A stretch of 61,875 nucleotides of DNA, counting the filler, from Choristocarpus tenellus KU-1152 (lineage: Eukaryota; Protista; Phaeophyceae), in NCBI GenBank assembly GCA_964200185.2. It is 11 parts of 11 records of this genome, joined end to end, with 100 filler letters (N's around TTAATTAATTAA, not from the genome) between each part and the next. Parts side by side here need not be neighbours in the genome. Positions count along the whole stretch, not along the records: positions 1 to 5,892 come from CAXNAD020009485.1; positions 5,993 to 10,413 come from CAXNAD020014622.1; positions 10,514 to 17,231 come from CAXNAD020007489.1; 8 more parts are not named here. One strand, 5' to 3'. Below the pieces are notes generated by a model. It searched no databases. It was not told the origin of the DNA and saw only the letters and a program-made list of their open reading frames with translations. Numbering within the stretch: the first letter of the stretch is position 1; each line of letters begins with the position of its first letter. Position numbers and translations under genes: made by a program. Below, in pieces: positions 1 through 13,275 of the stretch.

Positions 1-1059
1 CCCCCCCCAGATACTTTGGATCTCTGGCCAGCGGGCGGGACCATTAGAACTTGTCGGCATGGTGAAAGGTCCTGATTTTTTCCTGTTCCTCGAGCCTGAA
101 ATTACGAGGAATGATGTACTGTGTTTGAAAGTTAAATGATAAGCTTGTAGTGTGATACCTAATGGGTAACAATGTTAATGGTTCCTCAATTCTATTAAGC
201 AACACAAAATGACATCTCCTGTAGTGCAGGTTAAGTGTCTACCCCAGATATTCGGATGCCAGTTAGTGACAGTGGTTGAGACTGCTTAGCACTCGGTAAT
301 GTGGCTGAATAGTCATGTTGGATTTCATTCAATTTCTTACTCATCACTAAGCAATTCTACCTAGGTCATTTGGACTATCGGCTCAGGGTTCTGCAAAAAA
401 AGCTCCGACTCCACTTTCACTGGCATCAATCAATGTGTACGACACTCTCCTTGTTATAGTCAGGAAAATGATACGAGAATTGTGGCTTCAGTGAGAAATA
501 TTTTCACTTTGAAAAATGACACTTCCTGCTCCATTCTACCTCCTATCTAGCAAAGTTCTTACAAAGTAACGGTTCGAGGACTGTGACTACGTTGGGCATA
601 AATTATGCACAACATTTGCAATGCCTAGGACAGATCAAAGTTGATTGAAAATTGATACTGGTGGTTTTTTTAAAAATCAATGATGGCATGAACATGTTCT
701 AAATGAATAAGAATCCCTTCTGATAACAAAATGTGACCAGAACATCACGCTTCTATAGCCCAAATTGAATATTTGACTGTTTCAGAGTTAAACCCTGCTG
801 ACTGTAAAGCTTTGAATTGCTGCCCTAGAAGGTGCAAATATCCTTCCTACATGGGAGAACAAGTAATCAAATTATCCATGTAGACGAGCAAAACACCAAA
901 TAAGTCAAAACTGTCAAGTCGTCCTCAAGCAGTACAACTCCAAGCCTTTCGCACAGACTAGAAATCTAAACTATAAATCAGTGTGCAGGTCATACAAGTC
1001 AGTCTTCACGCCCTTCATCTCCACGACCTCTATTGATCGGTCCATTTTGCATTAATGAG

Positions 1060-1740
1060 AGCTACACTAGCGGAGGACAAGAAAGTTTTGGATCTGAACC
1101 AAAGATAACTATCAGTAGATTAGTGACCTGTATACTACCAACACATCCAAAACTCCACTCAACATGGGTTCTATTTGGCGCTATATTCCAGTTGCCTTGT
1201 CCGTAGAGCCACCTCAAGCCTCAATGCGTCCTGCTCCAACCCCCATTTCATCCTGCCAGAAGTCCCTCCAGCAATTGCGAGCTTGAGAGTGTTTGCCATG
1301 CTCTGATCGCAGCCCCTTGGTGCCTCTTGTGAGGACCTACTTTGTCCCTCTCTTGCTCGTCAGCATTTTTTGTTCATCTACATCCAGCCTGCCATGTTAC
1401 TCGTGCTATCAGTGCCGAGCTATCGATTTGAACTTCGCTCTCAGAATTCCGTTCCTATTGGCACTAGTTCTAACCATACGGTGGCGTGTTGGTCTCTTCC
1501 TACTCACAGCAAGCGTTGGCATGATCTCTCGACGATCCCTGATTGGAACCTGTTTGTGCTTGATGGTGTGTTTTTTCCCATCCACCTTGATTGTTTCTGT
1601 CCATTCTCCCCCCTCTGGGTGCACCCTTCCCCTCCACAGTCCGACGTTCAATGTGGCGTACTCATTTTTTGGTCCTAACCTATCACACATGATCCAAACC
1701 GTACTAAAACACCCTGCAAAAAAAGTCACTGGGGACTAGA
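1060..1740 (-). mobile_element. Degenerate retroelement-like coding remnant (possible non-LTR C-terminus)
   Basis: Interrupted minus-strand ORF pieces (1409-1729 and downstream) with retroelement-like composition; no diagnostic motif intact. Confidence 0.2.
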
Positions 1741-1889
1741 ACTTGTGCCTATTCGGCTTCTTAATGGGTGATTGGGGAACGTTGTTAGGCTTGATACAGT
1801 CCCACAAGTCCCAAGTTCAAAGATACCTAATACTATCGTGTTGTGTCCGTAACAATTATGAGACTAATCCTTCAACTCCATCTATCTAT

Positions 1890-2240
1890 GTATTATTATG
1901 CCCTCTGACATTTTGCAGATGTATCACGGAAAAAGTCAATTCAATATCATAAGGACCCCTGTAAGAGTAACAGTTGTCGTAAATGTGAAAGATATCTCTC
2001 CAGAATCTTTTTTCTATTTGACTATCAGCTACACCACACCACTCCCATAAAAACTCGTAATGACAATGTGATGTGTACACTGCTGCTATGTTTCCAACCT
2101 TAGCCCTACACTCCAGGGCGAGGAGCCAGGGAAACATCCCAAGAATCTGAGAGGGCCCTCCTTGCCCATCTCCTTGGTGTCTCCAGGATAAAACACATGA
2201 CACGTCTTGAGAGAGCCACTTGGGTAGTGACAAGACACTT
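1890..2240 (-). mobile_element. CRE-like non-LTR retrotransposon 3' fragment, UTR type 1
   Basis: Minus strand encodes VTTQVALSRRVMCFILETP (cf. VTTQVVLSRRVMLFNLEAP at 44225-44282); downstream UTR aligns by eye to 43510-43820; ends CTGCAAAATGTCAGAGGGCATAATAATA. Confidence 0.6.
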
Positions 2241-2271
2241 TTTGTCGTGAAGGGGATCTGACAGGTCCAAA

Positions 2272-2341
2272 TTAGGTAGTCTGGAATGCAGGTTTGTCTG
2301 TTATCATACCGCTATTGCCGTATGATATATACCATGATACC
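2272..2341 (-). repeat. Terminal/subterminal repeat of a putative Harbinger-like family
   Basis: Reverse complement of motif at 49047-49111 and 41368-41446 (GGTATA..GGCATACGGCAATAACGGTATAATAACAGA..CTTTCCACATA). Confidence 0.45.
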
Positions 2342-5300
2342 GATTGAGGTTCCTTGCCATCAATCCTTGATTCCATCGGAGGATCTTTCGAAAAATTGAG
2401 GGGTGGAATCTTTTTCAAGAGATCAAGCCTACAAGTACCAGGTTCTCTTCAATTACAGATGTCGAGCATCAAAGATTCTCTTTGATGTAACATCTTGACA
2501 TTCTGATATTCCCTTTATTATTGAGATTCTCGTCGCTCCACTATTTTCTGTAAGTCCTTGCAATCCTCCGGTTGTCCAACCTTAACCTCGTCCTCTTGGT
2601 TACGGATCGTCTAGGTCCGTCTGGTCCGTCTTGTGTATCTTGCCGGTCTTGCCCGCTAATTCTCTTCACCACCCTTACCTGAGGTGAACCATGCCACCAC
2701 AGAATCGTACGATCCGTTCTAGTTAGTGATATGTAGTTAGTGAATGAAGATGGGCGTTACCAGAGTTCCAAACAAGATATGGCGTTGGTCTAAGAATCTA
2801 CAGTTCGGGTTAGGGTTGGTTGCTGCCCAGAAACGGACTTTGTTGTTCCAGGAGTATGGACAGTTAACTTACAAGAACACGAAAAGAGGGTGATGGAATC
2901 GATGGGCTGGCTGCATACTGTGCAGGAAGTAGTCGAAGCTCCTACCTACTTTCAGGCGAGGCACTCCGTGGATGATCTTGCGTGCAGTTGATGCTCTTAT
3001 GTCTTCTGCTATTACATTCTGGAGTGTGTCGTTTCTCGATGTTTTTGGAAGACAGTTCTACGAGCAGTTATTGACCAGCCAGACCAGCCTGTGCTGAGTA
3101 TATTGCCACTCATATGGCATTTCAGAATTATAAGGAGCTGTGATGACCGAGTACTCACGGGGGGTTGAGACATTCCACTGTCCTCAACACTTTCTTGGGT
3201 CATTTTACCCCAACAATTGAAGATGCATCCTCCCACCTCTAACCCCCCAATTCCTCACGCACCCAAACGATGTTTGCCACCTGGACGAAATCGTATCAAA
3301 AACATGATCACTGGGAATAAGCGTAGGTGTTACTTGCCTGGGGAGCTGTTTGGACCTTCATTGTGCTACTCCCACCTGGTCATTTGGATCAATGCGGCGT
3401 AATAAGGATGAATATGGTAAGAAGAAAATAGTTTGTTGATTTTGGGTCATGTCAGTCCATTCCTACTCCTAAGCTGTTTTGACAAAGTGATTGCTTCCCC
3501 GCGTATTGGGGATTCTAGTTGAAGTTTTCTCTTTTTCCGGATTACGGGGTAGTTGGTACTATGCATCATTTTGACTAAGCAAGTAATGTTATCCGTTGAG
3601 GGTCCTGACCTGATGCTAGTCAACTCCTTGCGCCCCTAACAATAAATCTGGCGAAGGTGACGTACTCGGTGACTTCGAATCCCTTATCCCCTGATCCACC
3701 GCCTGACCCCGTCGTGCCCGATTGTTTAAGTCACATGGCACTGTGGCGACAATCCTGTCATACGCGACCATTTACTTTGGATGGGACAGCACCATGAGTA
3801 CGGCTGCTTCGGTTTCTTTCTTCGTGGTAGATTCAATCGTCATGATTTCCAACGACCTTCACCCTCCCAAGCCAGGCCACGAACGCAATGAAACTGGGTG
3901 AGCTATATCTTATCTTGATCATCACCCCCGAACCCCAACCTGATCCGCCTACCTACCTGCATTGCAAACTTGAGAAGATGCCCAGAGGTTCAGCACACAC
4001 GTTTGCGATCTCCTCTCTACTATCTCCCCTCCTCCCAACAACCTGCGTGGAATACGTCGGTTTTTATCGGGGACATTGCCTTGAACAACTCATCCACTCA
4101 CTCTAGCCCTCTTGCTCTTGTCGTTTACCTTGTACAGCATTCAAGCTTTCATCAACACATGTCGAACATTTTGTGACATAGTTTAATCCACAAGACCAAC
4201 CCAACTCTAGGTCGAACCCAAATTCCAGACACTAACCCTAGATGATGAAAGTTTTAGTTGAAAGGGAGTTACATCATATCCCTGTCCCTAATCCTTACCC
4301 AATCTCCACAGATATCCTGTGATACACTCTGCTATACAGCACGTTTATCCTCATGAAGTAGCCTGAGTGTTGTATTTACAGGTATATGAAAATTAATGTG
4401 TAGTCTGTTCATTAATACTGTGAAGTATTTCGATGCTAAGAGTGACAAACCCAAGCAGAATTTAGTAGGATAGTTGCCAAATGCAGATGGCCCCTTTAAT
4501 CTCAGATCTCTCTTCTTTAAACTTCAACTTCAACAGGACTTTGATGGACGTGGACGCGGTTCGTTGTGTTGTGAATGTGGAGTCAGATTACCATCAAAGT
4601 GGTGTAAATCAGTGCCCACCCCAACCCTCAGCCTTATTCATCTCTTTCCAACTCCTTGATAGTGGACCTGAACTGTTTTTTAGCATTGATCGAAGTGGAC
4701 CTGAACTGATTTAAAAAATTGAAGTCGAAATACCAATTCGCACAATCAAGGGCCCCGCCCATCCATTCCCTTGACTTCCAGTAAACATTGTGACTTGCAG
4801 GCAAGGACCCCTCGCAGGTACAAAGCATTTGCACATCTGCTCTGTTGAGTCAAGCCCGCCCCCAGTTTTTCCACTGTTTCCATAGGGTCACTTGTATTCT
4901 CATCATCTAGCCTCACTTACTCTGTGCACTGGCTCTCGAGATCAACGCAATGTTTTGCTCTTTGGACACATTCATCTCAATTCTCATACCTGCTCTTATC
5001 TGTCAGGGCCGCTCAGTGCACCTATCCACAAATGTTTTTTTTTTTTCCACAACGCCATGCCTTATTCGCACCTATTTTTGTGCCGATATCACTCTCTCCT
5101 TAGCCACACATATTTGTGCAAAAAATAGGACATCATAGCTGCACGTATTTTGTGAAATATGATGGCCTACCCCACAGGCAAATGTACACAGTTGATTGCA
5201 GTGAAGCAGACCCTACCACATCTTAAAAGCAAATGTGTGGGTTAAACTCAAAGCATCATCCCTTTGCTCGCTCTGATTCTCAACCCCCTCACATCCTTTG

Positions 5301-5417
5301 TGAGGACCATGTCTAGTCTATCATTCTCAGAAGTGATAATACTCTTCATTTCCAGTGTTACGAATTGAGAGACTTGGGGAGAAATCATCATCAATATCAA
5401 TATCAATATCAATATCA

Positions 5418-5597
5418 GACCCAAAGTATCTGGGGGGGAGGGGGGAGTCTACACCAGGTTGTCCATTTAGGCCCAAACCAGGAAATGTGCACTTACATTA
5501 TCCATCCCGACGTATAAAACCAAATCACGCAAAAATCGCGACATGAAAAAAATTGACCCCAAATGGACAGACGCCACCCCGCCAGATACTTTGAGCC
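5418..5597 (+). mobile_element. MITE family A (180 bp), complete copy
   Basis: Termini GACCCAAAGTATCTGG / CCAGATACTTTGAGCC; internal inverted TGTCCATTT..AAATGGACA; flanked by ATCA on both sides; family also at 1-22, 10514-10534, 41503-41683, 41917-41986, 42087-42131, 44863-45038, 48926-48946, 55622-55727, 61850-61875. Confidence 0.85.
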
Positions 5598-5688
5598 ATC
5601 AATATCAATATCAATATCAATATCAATATCAATATCAATATCAATATCAATATCAATATTGCTATCAGTATCAATATCAATATCAATA
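5598..5688. repeat. (ATCAAT)n microsatellite; continues left of the MITE at ~5390-5417
   Basis: Directly visible hexamer tandem repeat. Confidence 0.95.
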
Positions 5689-5892
5689 GTGCAATCGACG
5701 AAAACCCTTTTTCAATATACTGAAGCAGAACCAAAAACGCACGTACAGCGTGTGAAGATCGAGGCAAAGGAAACGCTGCGAGTAAATTCGAGCGAGACGC
5801 ACAGGGTACATACGCACGAGAAACAAAAAAACCACCCGAAAAACCACAAACAAACACCGACCACCCAACCCACACAAACCCCCCCCCCCCCA

Positions 5893-5992
5893 NNNNNNNN
5901 NNNNNNNNNNNNNNNNNNNNNNNNNNNNNNNNNNNNTTAATTAATTAANNNNNNNNNNNNNNNNNNNNNNNNNNNNNNNNNNNNNNNNNNNN
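5893..5992. other. Artificial contig linker (also 10414-10513, 17232-17331, 29795-29894, 36878-36977, 41987-42086, 44763-44862, 48947-49046, 55728-55827, 59054-59153)
   Basis: Identical 100-bp N44-TTAATTAATTAA-N44 spacer with stops in all six frames. Confidence 0.98.
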
Positions 5993-6854
5993 CTGTTAAA
6001 ACCTGTTCAGGGAAAAAAAAAAATGTTAGCCCTTCTCGTTTTTGATTGGATGGATGCTCTGGTGATAAGTTGAGGGGTGGAAGCGATGGTCTTGTTGAGC
6101 ATACACGCCGCCTACGGTGTTATTGGTGTTGTTTGCGGTGGTCTTGGTCCTTGGACAATCGGTACTCGAGGACAACCGTCATTCGTCCACGTGAGCTCAT
6201 CGAAGTGAGAGATTAACGGCGGGCTCTTCCCTCGCGCACGCCTGCAGCTTGCTTGCAGGACAACTGTCGAAAGATTGGGTTTCCTCACAAGACCTTGGCG
6301 TGTACGCTTGTATCACACTTTTAGCGTTTTTCCTACACACAACAATGCCTTCTATGTTCGTTTTTTTTGCCGACTAGAATTTTGTGGACGGTGTCACCAG
6401 GGGGGGGGGGTAGGAAGCAACACAGAATACCCAAGAGTTATCAACAGAGCCTGTTGTTCTTACAGTAGTGTACGCCTTCCTGTACACCAACCTCAGTCGT
6501 ATTACATTTGAAAACGAGAATCAGGATGCCATCCAAGGTGTACAACAGAGGTTGCATCTGAGGATGAGGGCGCATATGTATGATGGTACGCACAGATGAA
6601 GCCACTGCTAGACTGGTACCAGAGAAGTAACAATAGCCAAGAAATCAGCAGCCTGTCAAATCCATGTACCGCCTTCCTTGTGAGTTGCTAGCTTATTCAG
6701 AAACTGCTCTTGTTGTGTGAGAAGACAACCAAAGGTTTCCACCGTGAAGGCGTTGGCTGAAGTTGAAACTATCATACCAGGGTTTAAAATATATTTATTA
6801 TTTATCAGGTGGGATAAATGTAAAGGGACCAGTTCGCCAGCCAAGCCAGCTCCT

Positions 6855-7113
6855 CAGTGAAAGTATCTTATAGGGTACGAGTTTTGCCCTGTTTGTCCAT
6901 TTGGGGCTTCGCTTCCCATGGGTTCTTTTGTGATATTTCCTTACTCCGAAATGTTTTGGAGTAGGTAAAATGTGTATATTATGAAAAGGTGTGTCTGGAA
7001 CATGTATACTGACACTTCCTAACAAATACGATAGCTAAAATTACATCAAAATCACAACATTGGGTTTTGGCCCCCAAATGGACGCGGCTCTACCCTCTAA
7101 GATGCTTTGGCTC
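6855..7113 (+). mobile_element. MITE family B (259 bp), complete copy
   Basis: Termini cAGTGAAAGTATCTTAtAGGGTA / TACCCTCTAAGATGCTTTGGCTC; 4-bp TSD TCCT (6851-6854, 7114-7117). Confidence 0.85.
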
Positions 7114-7213
7114 TCCTATGTTTTATTGTATGTCCAGACCCAGTCCACGAAGTGTTTGGACCTGTCCAGTCCATGGGTTGAACAGGTTAACATATTTTCT
7201 GACATGTCTTAAC

Positions 7214-7732
7214 CAGGGCCGTCAGTGATATTAACCGGACCAAGCCTCCTGCTGGGCAGCGGGCACATGGAAATATATACGGTTTGAAGATGGCACGGTC
7301 TGATCTTTATTTATTTTCTGCCCAGAGATAGATACCTGGCAACCAACTGCCCCAGTCGAGAAGACTTTTCAAACGCTGGTGACTGAAGGACTATATAGAT
7401 ATATTTTTCATTCCCACTTGTTTTTCGGATATTTTGGGGCATTTTGGCCGTGCTGCCCTGAGTCCTCTTGACCTCGCTGGTCTGGTGATCTTTTTTTTAT
7501 CTGATGGCCATCAACTATATCAACATGACCTGGGCGAAGCCCAGGCTGTTACTAATATATTTTGAAAGGGTTGGTCTAATAGCTGTCAAGTGTTTCAACA
7601 TGACCGGGCCCCATGCCAGTCTGGTCCCAGCATCTGGTCCCAACAAATTCTAAGGGGGCTGGCTCATGACTTGTCATCTCTTTCAACATGCCTAGGCCAC
7701 AGGTCAGCCTGCCTGAACTGACAAAAGCCCTG
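7214..7732. mobile_element. Degenerate hAT-like non-autonomous element
   Basis: Imperfect terminal inverted repeat CAGGGCCGTCAGT / ACTGACAAAAGCCCTG and decayed GGCCCGG-like subterminal motifs; no TSD found. Confidence 0.3.
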
Positions 7733-10332
7733 AAGAGTTTGATGTTCCTGATAAGAATTTTGTTGTATTTTATTTTTTGTCATCAGTTGCTTGTAGTGGG
7801 GATGGTGAGAACTACCCACACGACAAAGAGGTGTGGGGGGAGGGGCTCAAAGGAGCGCACCTACTAAGATGGGGCTGGGAAGGTAAAATGGAACAGAACA
7901 GTAACGTTAGATCTGAAACCTCAGAACAAAATAGATGCCAAGGACATGTGGGGGTATAGATGCATGCTACTGTGAACTCTTCACCATGTCTTTTGTCCAG
8001 GAGGTCCCAGATGGGATCTGTCCCTGACTTTCCCCCTCCCCCCAAGCTTGGGTTAGAGATCACCCCGACATGAAGGCAAGAGTGGGTTACCAGCACTTCA
8101 TGTTGGACAAGCCCTTGGGAGGAAATCTCCTGGTAGTTGAAAAAAACAAGGGTAGCAGCCGGGGTGCTATTGGTGATAGCCCTTTTGACCAACAACTCAA
8201 GTCCATATTTAACAAGCCAGCCTTAACCAGAACTTGGACATGATACAGCCGAGGGTGCTAGGGTGTTTGTGAAGAGAGCCATTGGAGCTATTGGTGCCTT
8301 CATAATCTAGAAGAGTCCAAGTCCAAAGTTATGACCGGATAGACTTGGCATTGGCACAACTGATCCTGTTGGAGATGATGGTCGCAGTGATCACTGCCTG
8401 CTCTCTTAGGCGTTCAACCTTGGCATTTTTCCCCCCATTCTAAGACACGCCCTCGCAGTAAAAGTCTTGCCGATGCTGGCCAGCTTTGAGTGAAACAGGC
8501 GAAGTGCTCGAGTAGTACAAAGGTGTTCGTTTGAATTTTGAGTAGAGCTCGTGTTTGGAGTTCGGGAAGGGTGATGAAGAAAAGTTGTCCATTGTTGGGG
8601 ACAGCTTTTTTTTTTTTGGAAGATCTTTCTCGCGTGCAGTATGGCGGCCAAACTGCAGGAGATCGGTATCAAAGCATACGGAGTTGAAGCTGTCTCGATC
8701 ACTAATTTCGATCTCGATCACTGATTTTGGTCTTGATCGGTTCTTTTCCCTTCCCAACACTGCAATTGTGCATCTAGAAGAACGTTAACTGGCTCGTGTT
8801 CATTACATTGTTGATACTAGTGGCAACAATACGGAGTAAGTGAATGCACTCCTATATGTAGTGTTTGTAGAGGCGGCCAACACTCCAACCCATTGGCTCG
8901 TCATGCATACATACGTCTTGGCATTTTTGTGTGTTTTGAACAACATGCTATTTTTTTGTTTTATGAATGCCCTACAGAGTATGGACATGGGCATCCTCAA
9001 CAACCTGGTGGATATGATCAACTTCATGAAGGAGGGCGAGTTTGTTCGAGCCAATGATGTTTACATTTTGACAGCCATTGGTAATGCGCCCTGGCCGATT
9101 GGACTGACCATGGTGGGCATTCATGAGCGCTCAGGTGAGGTCTGGATGGAGGGGGGTCATTTTCTATCACCAACGATGATGGTGCTGCTGATGGAATTTT
9201 GCAGCAGACTCGATTGATCTTTTTGCTGATTGGTGGGGTTTATCACCTCCAATCTATGAATCTCAGATTTGACATGGCCTGGCCTATGCTCAGAGGTATG
9301 TCAGTGATGAAATCTTTCTTGGAAGGCTGGTATTGTATCCTTGGTGCATTCTTGGCCTTGTAGTAAAGGCCAGGTGTTTGGAAAGTGTCTCAACTTGAGT
9401 ATTATATGTATATATATATGTGATGTTCCTCCGTATTGCCTCTTCCAGAACATGTGAACAACTGGCTCGATTCTAGGGTTAGAGTACATCCTACCCTCTT
9501 AAATGCTTTGGGTCGCAACTACTTTTGAACCCTTGAGCAATACGGGTAAAATTAACTTTGCTATGCACAGTTGGGATGTAGTACTTAAACATCCCCAAAC
9601 CCTCGAGATCAATACCATGGGCTTGGTAGACTGTACTATGGCTTATCGGTGTTGAGATGTACTGCAGATATAGTCACATTTCGGTCAGGGAGGTGGCTTT
9701 GCCTCGAGGTCAGCTGGGGAGGGGCGAAGGAGGAAAGACTACCGTTGAGAGTCCACCAGGAGGAGTGCACACAATGCTACCGATTCATAGATATCACTTA
9801 TTGCGGATAACAATGAAGTTTTCAAGGAAAAAAAAATCTGCCCTTTTGCCTGGTTTAGGTGTTTGCTCATGGCTACCACTACTGCTGTCGGGTACCCTGT
9901 TAACTGCAATAAAGGTTTGCGCCATCATGTTGCACACTACATACTCTGCTTTGCGCCCAAGTGACGATTGTTTAACGTTCTGAAACGGCTTGTGAGAACC
10001 GGGGTCTGCCTCTTCCCGACCCCTGTCGTGATAGCTGGTGTTACACTTACGTTATGTGTGTGCTGATAGTAACCGTGTAACACAGTGTGACAGTTTCATG
10101 TACGTTTATTGTAATGTAATATCCGGTACACTACATAGTAGTATCATACTTATACTTAGCAGTCCGACGAATCAGGAATTGTATTGTATGTCAGGCGATG
10201 GCTAAGATAGGAGCCCATCGGATAATCAATGATGGGTGTCTGTTCACCATGTAACCCACCAGCACAGCTCGTGGCGACGAGTCTTTCGCGTGTGAAGCTG
10301 TTTCGACAACCCCTACCTTGCACTCTCTTTTC

Positions 10333-10366
<34 letters not shown>

Positions 10367-11363
10367 TTTTTCTTTCCCCCCACGCCCGCGCGGGGGGGGG
10401 GGGAGGTGTTGGGNNNNNNNNNNNNNNNNNNNNNNNNNNNNNNNNNNNNNNNNNNNNTTAATTAATTAANNNNNNNNNNNNNNNNNNNNNNNNNNNNNNN
10501 NNNNNNNNNNNNNCCCCCCTAGATACTTTGGGTCAAATATGTCAAGGACATGAAGAGAAAGTCTTCCCTTATGGTGCAATGGATTGGTTTTGCAGTAATA
10601 ATGTAAGATGTTTGAGTTCTGGGAGAGTTTGTCATGAGGGAGTTTGCCAGAGGACTGGTTGTCTACTGACGATTTGTTTTATCAGTATTTTTGGGGAAAA
10701 AAAAACAGCTAAAAAAAAAGTCAAATACGTATGTTACTGTTTTGGGTCACTGTGATCTATTGTTTCGTAAAATACAGTTCTAGTGCGATTGAAAATTCAT
10801 GGCTAGCCTCCTTTTCTACACAGAAACTGTTTTTTTTAGTTTGTTCGCTGCCATGTGCTGAATTTCTGCTCCTGCCCTCCATACTCTGGTGGTGTATTTA
10901 GGACTAGGGAACGCGGACTTTCTTCACAGCTCTGCCCATCCAGCTCCCTTTCTCTTCTTTGCTGTTCCCTCTTTGCCATGAAAATTCTTCTTGGCATGGC
11001 CATCAACCAAAGTCATCACCTCCTTTCAACGTCCGTAACACCTTCGCAAATTTAGATGGAAATCCAACGTAAGTCTATGAACTTACAACATAGTGCCACA
11101 ATTTTTTCATACTTCTGAGAACGCAACCTGCATTTTACTCAATAAAAAAATCATAAAACAAAGAAAATACACAAACTCACAATAGTGATTTTCAAATTAG
11201 GTGGACAAGAGCATAGAGAGGCACGTCCACATAAAAATAATTGCACCTGCAACCGATGATGCTTTCACCAAATCACATAAAAATCACAACTTAAAAAAAC
11301 TGGCCCTGAATGAACAGCTGACACCTCTAAGATACTTTGTGAGCCAGACCTCTCCTTCCTCTG

Positions 11364-11684
11364 TCATGATGGTCGAGGAATGTACTGTATTCCTTGGAAT
11401 GCTCTGCTTTTCTCAAGGAAGAAGGTTCTTCTCCTCTTCCTTCTCTGTATTTTTCGCATTGATTGGTTGGTTAATCCATGGAGAATCTTCTTATCTACAA
11501 AAGCTAACAGGAAAGCTCCCAGTTGCCGTTTAACAACACTAAGAAACTCTTTGCTGGCATGTGCCACCAATGAGATGCTCCTATAGTTACGACAATCTGT
11601 GATATCCTTCCTCTTTTTTTGGAGTTTTTCCATGACTGGATTGTTGAACCTCCTGCCTTCTTTCTGGTCACACCCATCAGACAC
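11364..11684 (-). mobile_element. RTE-clade LINE reverse transcriptase remnant
   Basis: KKRKDITDCRNYRSISLVAHASKEFLSVVKRQL matches the RT N-terminal NYRGISL-AHAGK motif of RTE elements. Confidence 0.7.
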
Positions 11685-12251
11685 TATCCACTGAAGGATA
11701 ACATCCCATCCTCATTGTGACCACTTTTGAGGACCTCAACTAGGAGATAATCTAATCCATCGACTTCCTCTTTTCCATGCCCTGGATCCCTAAAGAAGGA
11801 GAATAGTACATGAACAACACTGACAGCAATAATAGCGGAACAACATTTTTGTATGATAGAACGAACAACCAAATATGTACTACACACTACATAGCACTAC
11901 AGGGCACCACAGAGCAGATCATGTGTAGCTCATGTGAAGAGTGTGACGATGTCACCATTTTGAACTTATCTCTCTTAGAAACCTCCTTAAAACTATCCAA
12001 ATGTGCCTCTGATAGCAAGGCTCTATATCTGGAACATAGTCGATGAGATTATTGAAGCCAGCGGGGCGCAGGTATAGTTGCGAGAATATGCTGCGTGCTT
12101 TGTAAAACACATAAGAAGGCCAGCTTGGCAAAGAGAAACTGGTCAGGGAGTCACGTAAGCGACTACCCACATCAACGTCTTACAGGGAGGCAACGTAACA
12201 GACGAGGATAACTGGTATCACCTAGACTTCTCCTATCCAAGGTTGTAAGCT

Positions 12252-13244
12252 ATGCATACATCTCCTGTTTTCGTGCAGCTAGCACTGCTGGCCCACTGCT
12301 CCGGGATGCTGTCCGCGTTTGCACCATCCCTGTCATCCCCTCCGCCTGTCACTCGTCTTCACCTCTCCAAGCCCGAGTGGACCTTCGCGTATGCGACAAA
12401 GCTCACTGCGCGGACACAACGTGGAAGGACGCAGAACTTGGCTAGAAGAGGTCCGGGGGCAGGAGTGCCATCCATGGTGCAAACAGTGGACGGAAAGGAA
12501 CCCACATTCACCGTGGTGTTCGTGCGGCATGGCCAAAGCACTTGGAACAAGGCCAATCGCTTCATCGGATGGACAGACACGGAACTGACGGAGGAAGGGG
12601 AGTTGGAGGCGAGGGTAGCAGGCCAGGTGAATGGCGTAACATCATTGTGTGGGCGTTGGTATTAGCGCCTTGGTTTCGTATCGTTTGGAATAGCTCCACA
12701 TCACCATTTGCCTGTGAAGTCTAGGGTTGACATTTCTTACATTTTATCCAACAATAGCACCTTCCGCCCTCCTTCCGCAAGGAGCACGAAAGTGCTGCAG
12801 CAATAGGTCATTTACGTTGAAGTACGACTCAGCTTTTCATTCCTCTTCTCCCACTCCGCTGACCAAAACAAACTCCACACCATCCCTTTGATACATGATG
12901 ACTGGTTGGTCGGGACCGGTGTGATTTGGACGATGGGATAGGTCTTACTCGCTGAAGGTTTTAAATTCGATATTATTTACACATCCATGCTCAAGCGCGC
13001 TATAAAGACGGTCTGGGTGGTGCTGGACGAGCTGAGTCAGCAGCACGTTCCAGTCATCACAGATTGGCATCTGAATGAGCGTTGCTATGGAGCGTTGGTT
13101 GGGCGACACAAAAAGGATTGCGTGAGGGAGTTCGGGGAAAAGCAGGTGAAAGTGAAACAAAGGTTTGTGGGGTCCTGTTTCAGGAACCATCACTATTGGG
13201 TGTGACCTTGATTGGGTTAGGGTGTTGGGTAAGGGTGTGCTTTG

Positions 13245-13275
<31 letters not shown>

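Noticed and set aside
3650-3690. TTCGAATCC B-box-like motif (also ~47433 on the minus strand)
   Set aside because: Could not fold a cloverleaf or find a matching A box
5525-5892. ISISIS / ILILIL ORFs
   Set aside because: Microsatellite and low-complexity contig end
5937-5948. Recurrent palindrome TTAATTAATTAA between N runs
   Set aside because: Artificial six-frame stop linker, not biological
7800-9660. Possible decayed LTR retrotransposon coding region
   Set aside because: No motif clear enough to support a call; the same applies to 2400-4200 and 38000-40000
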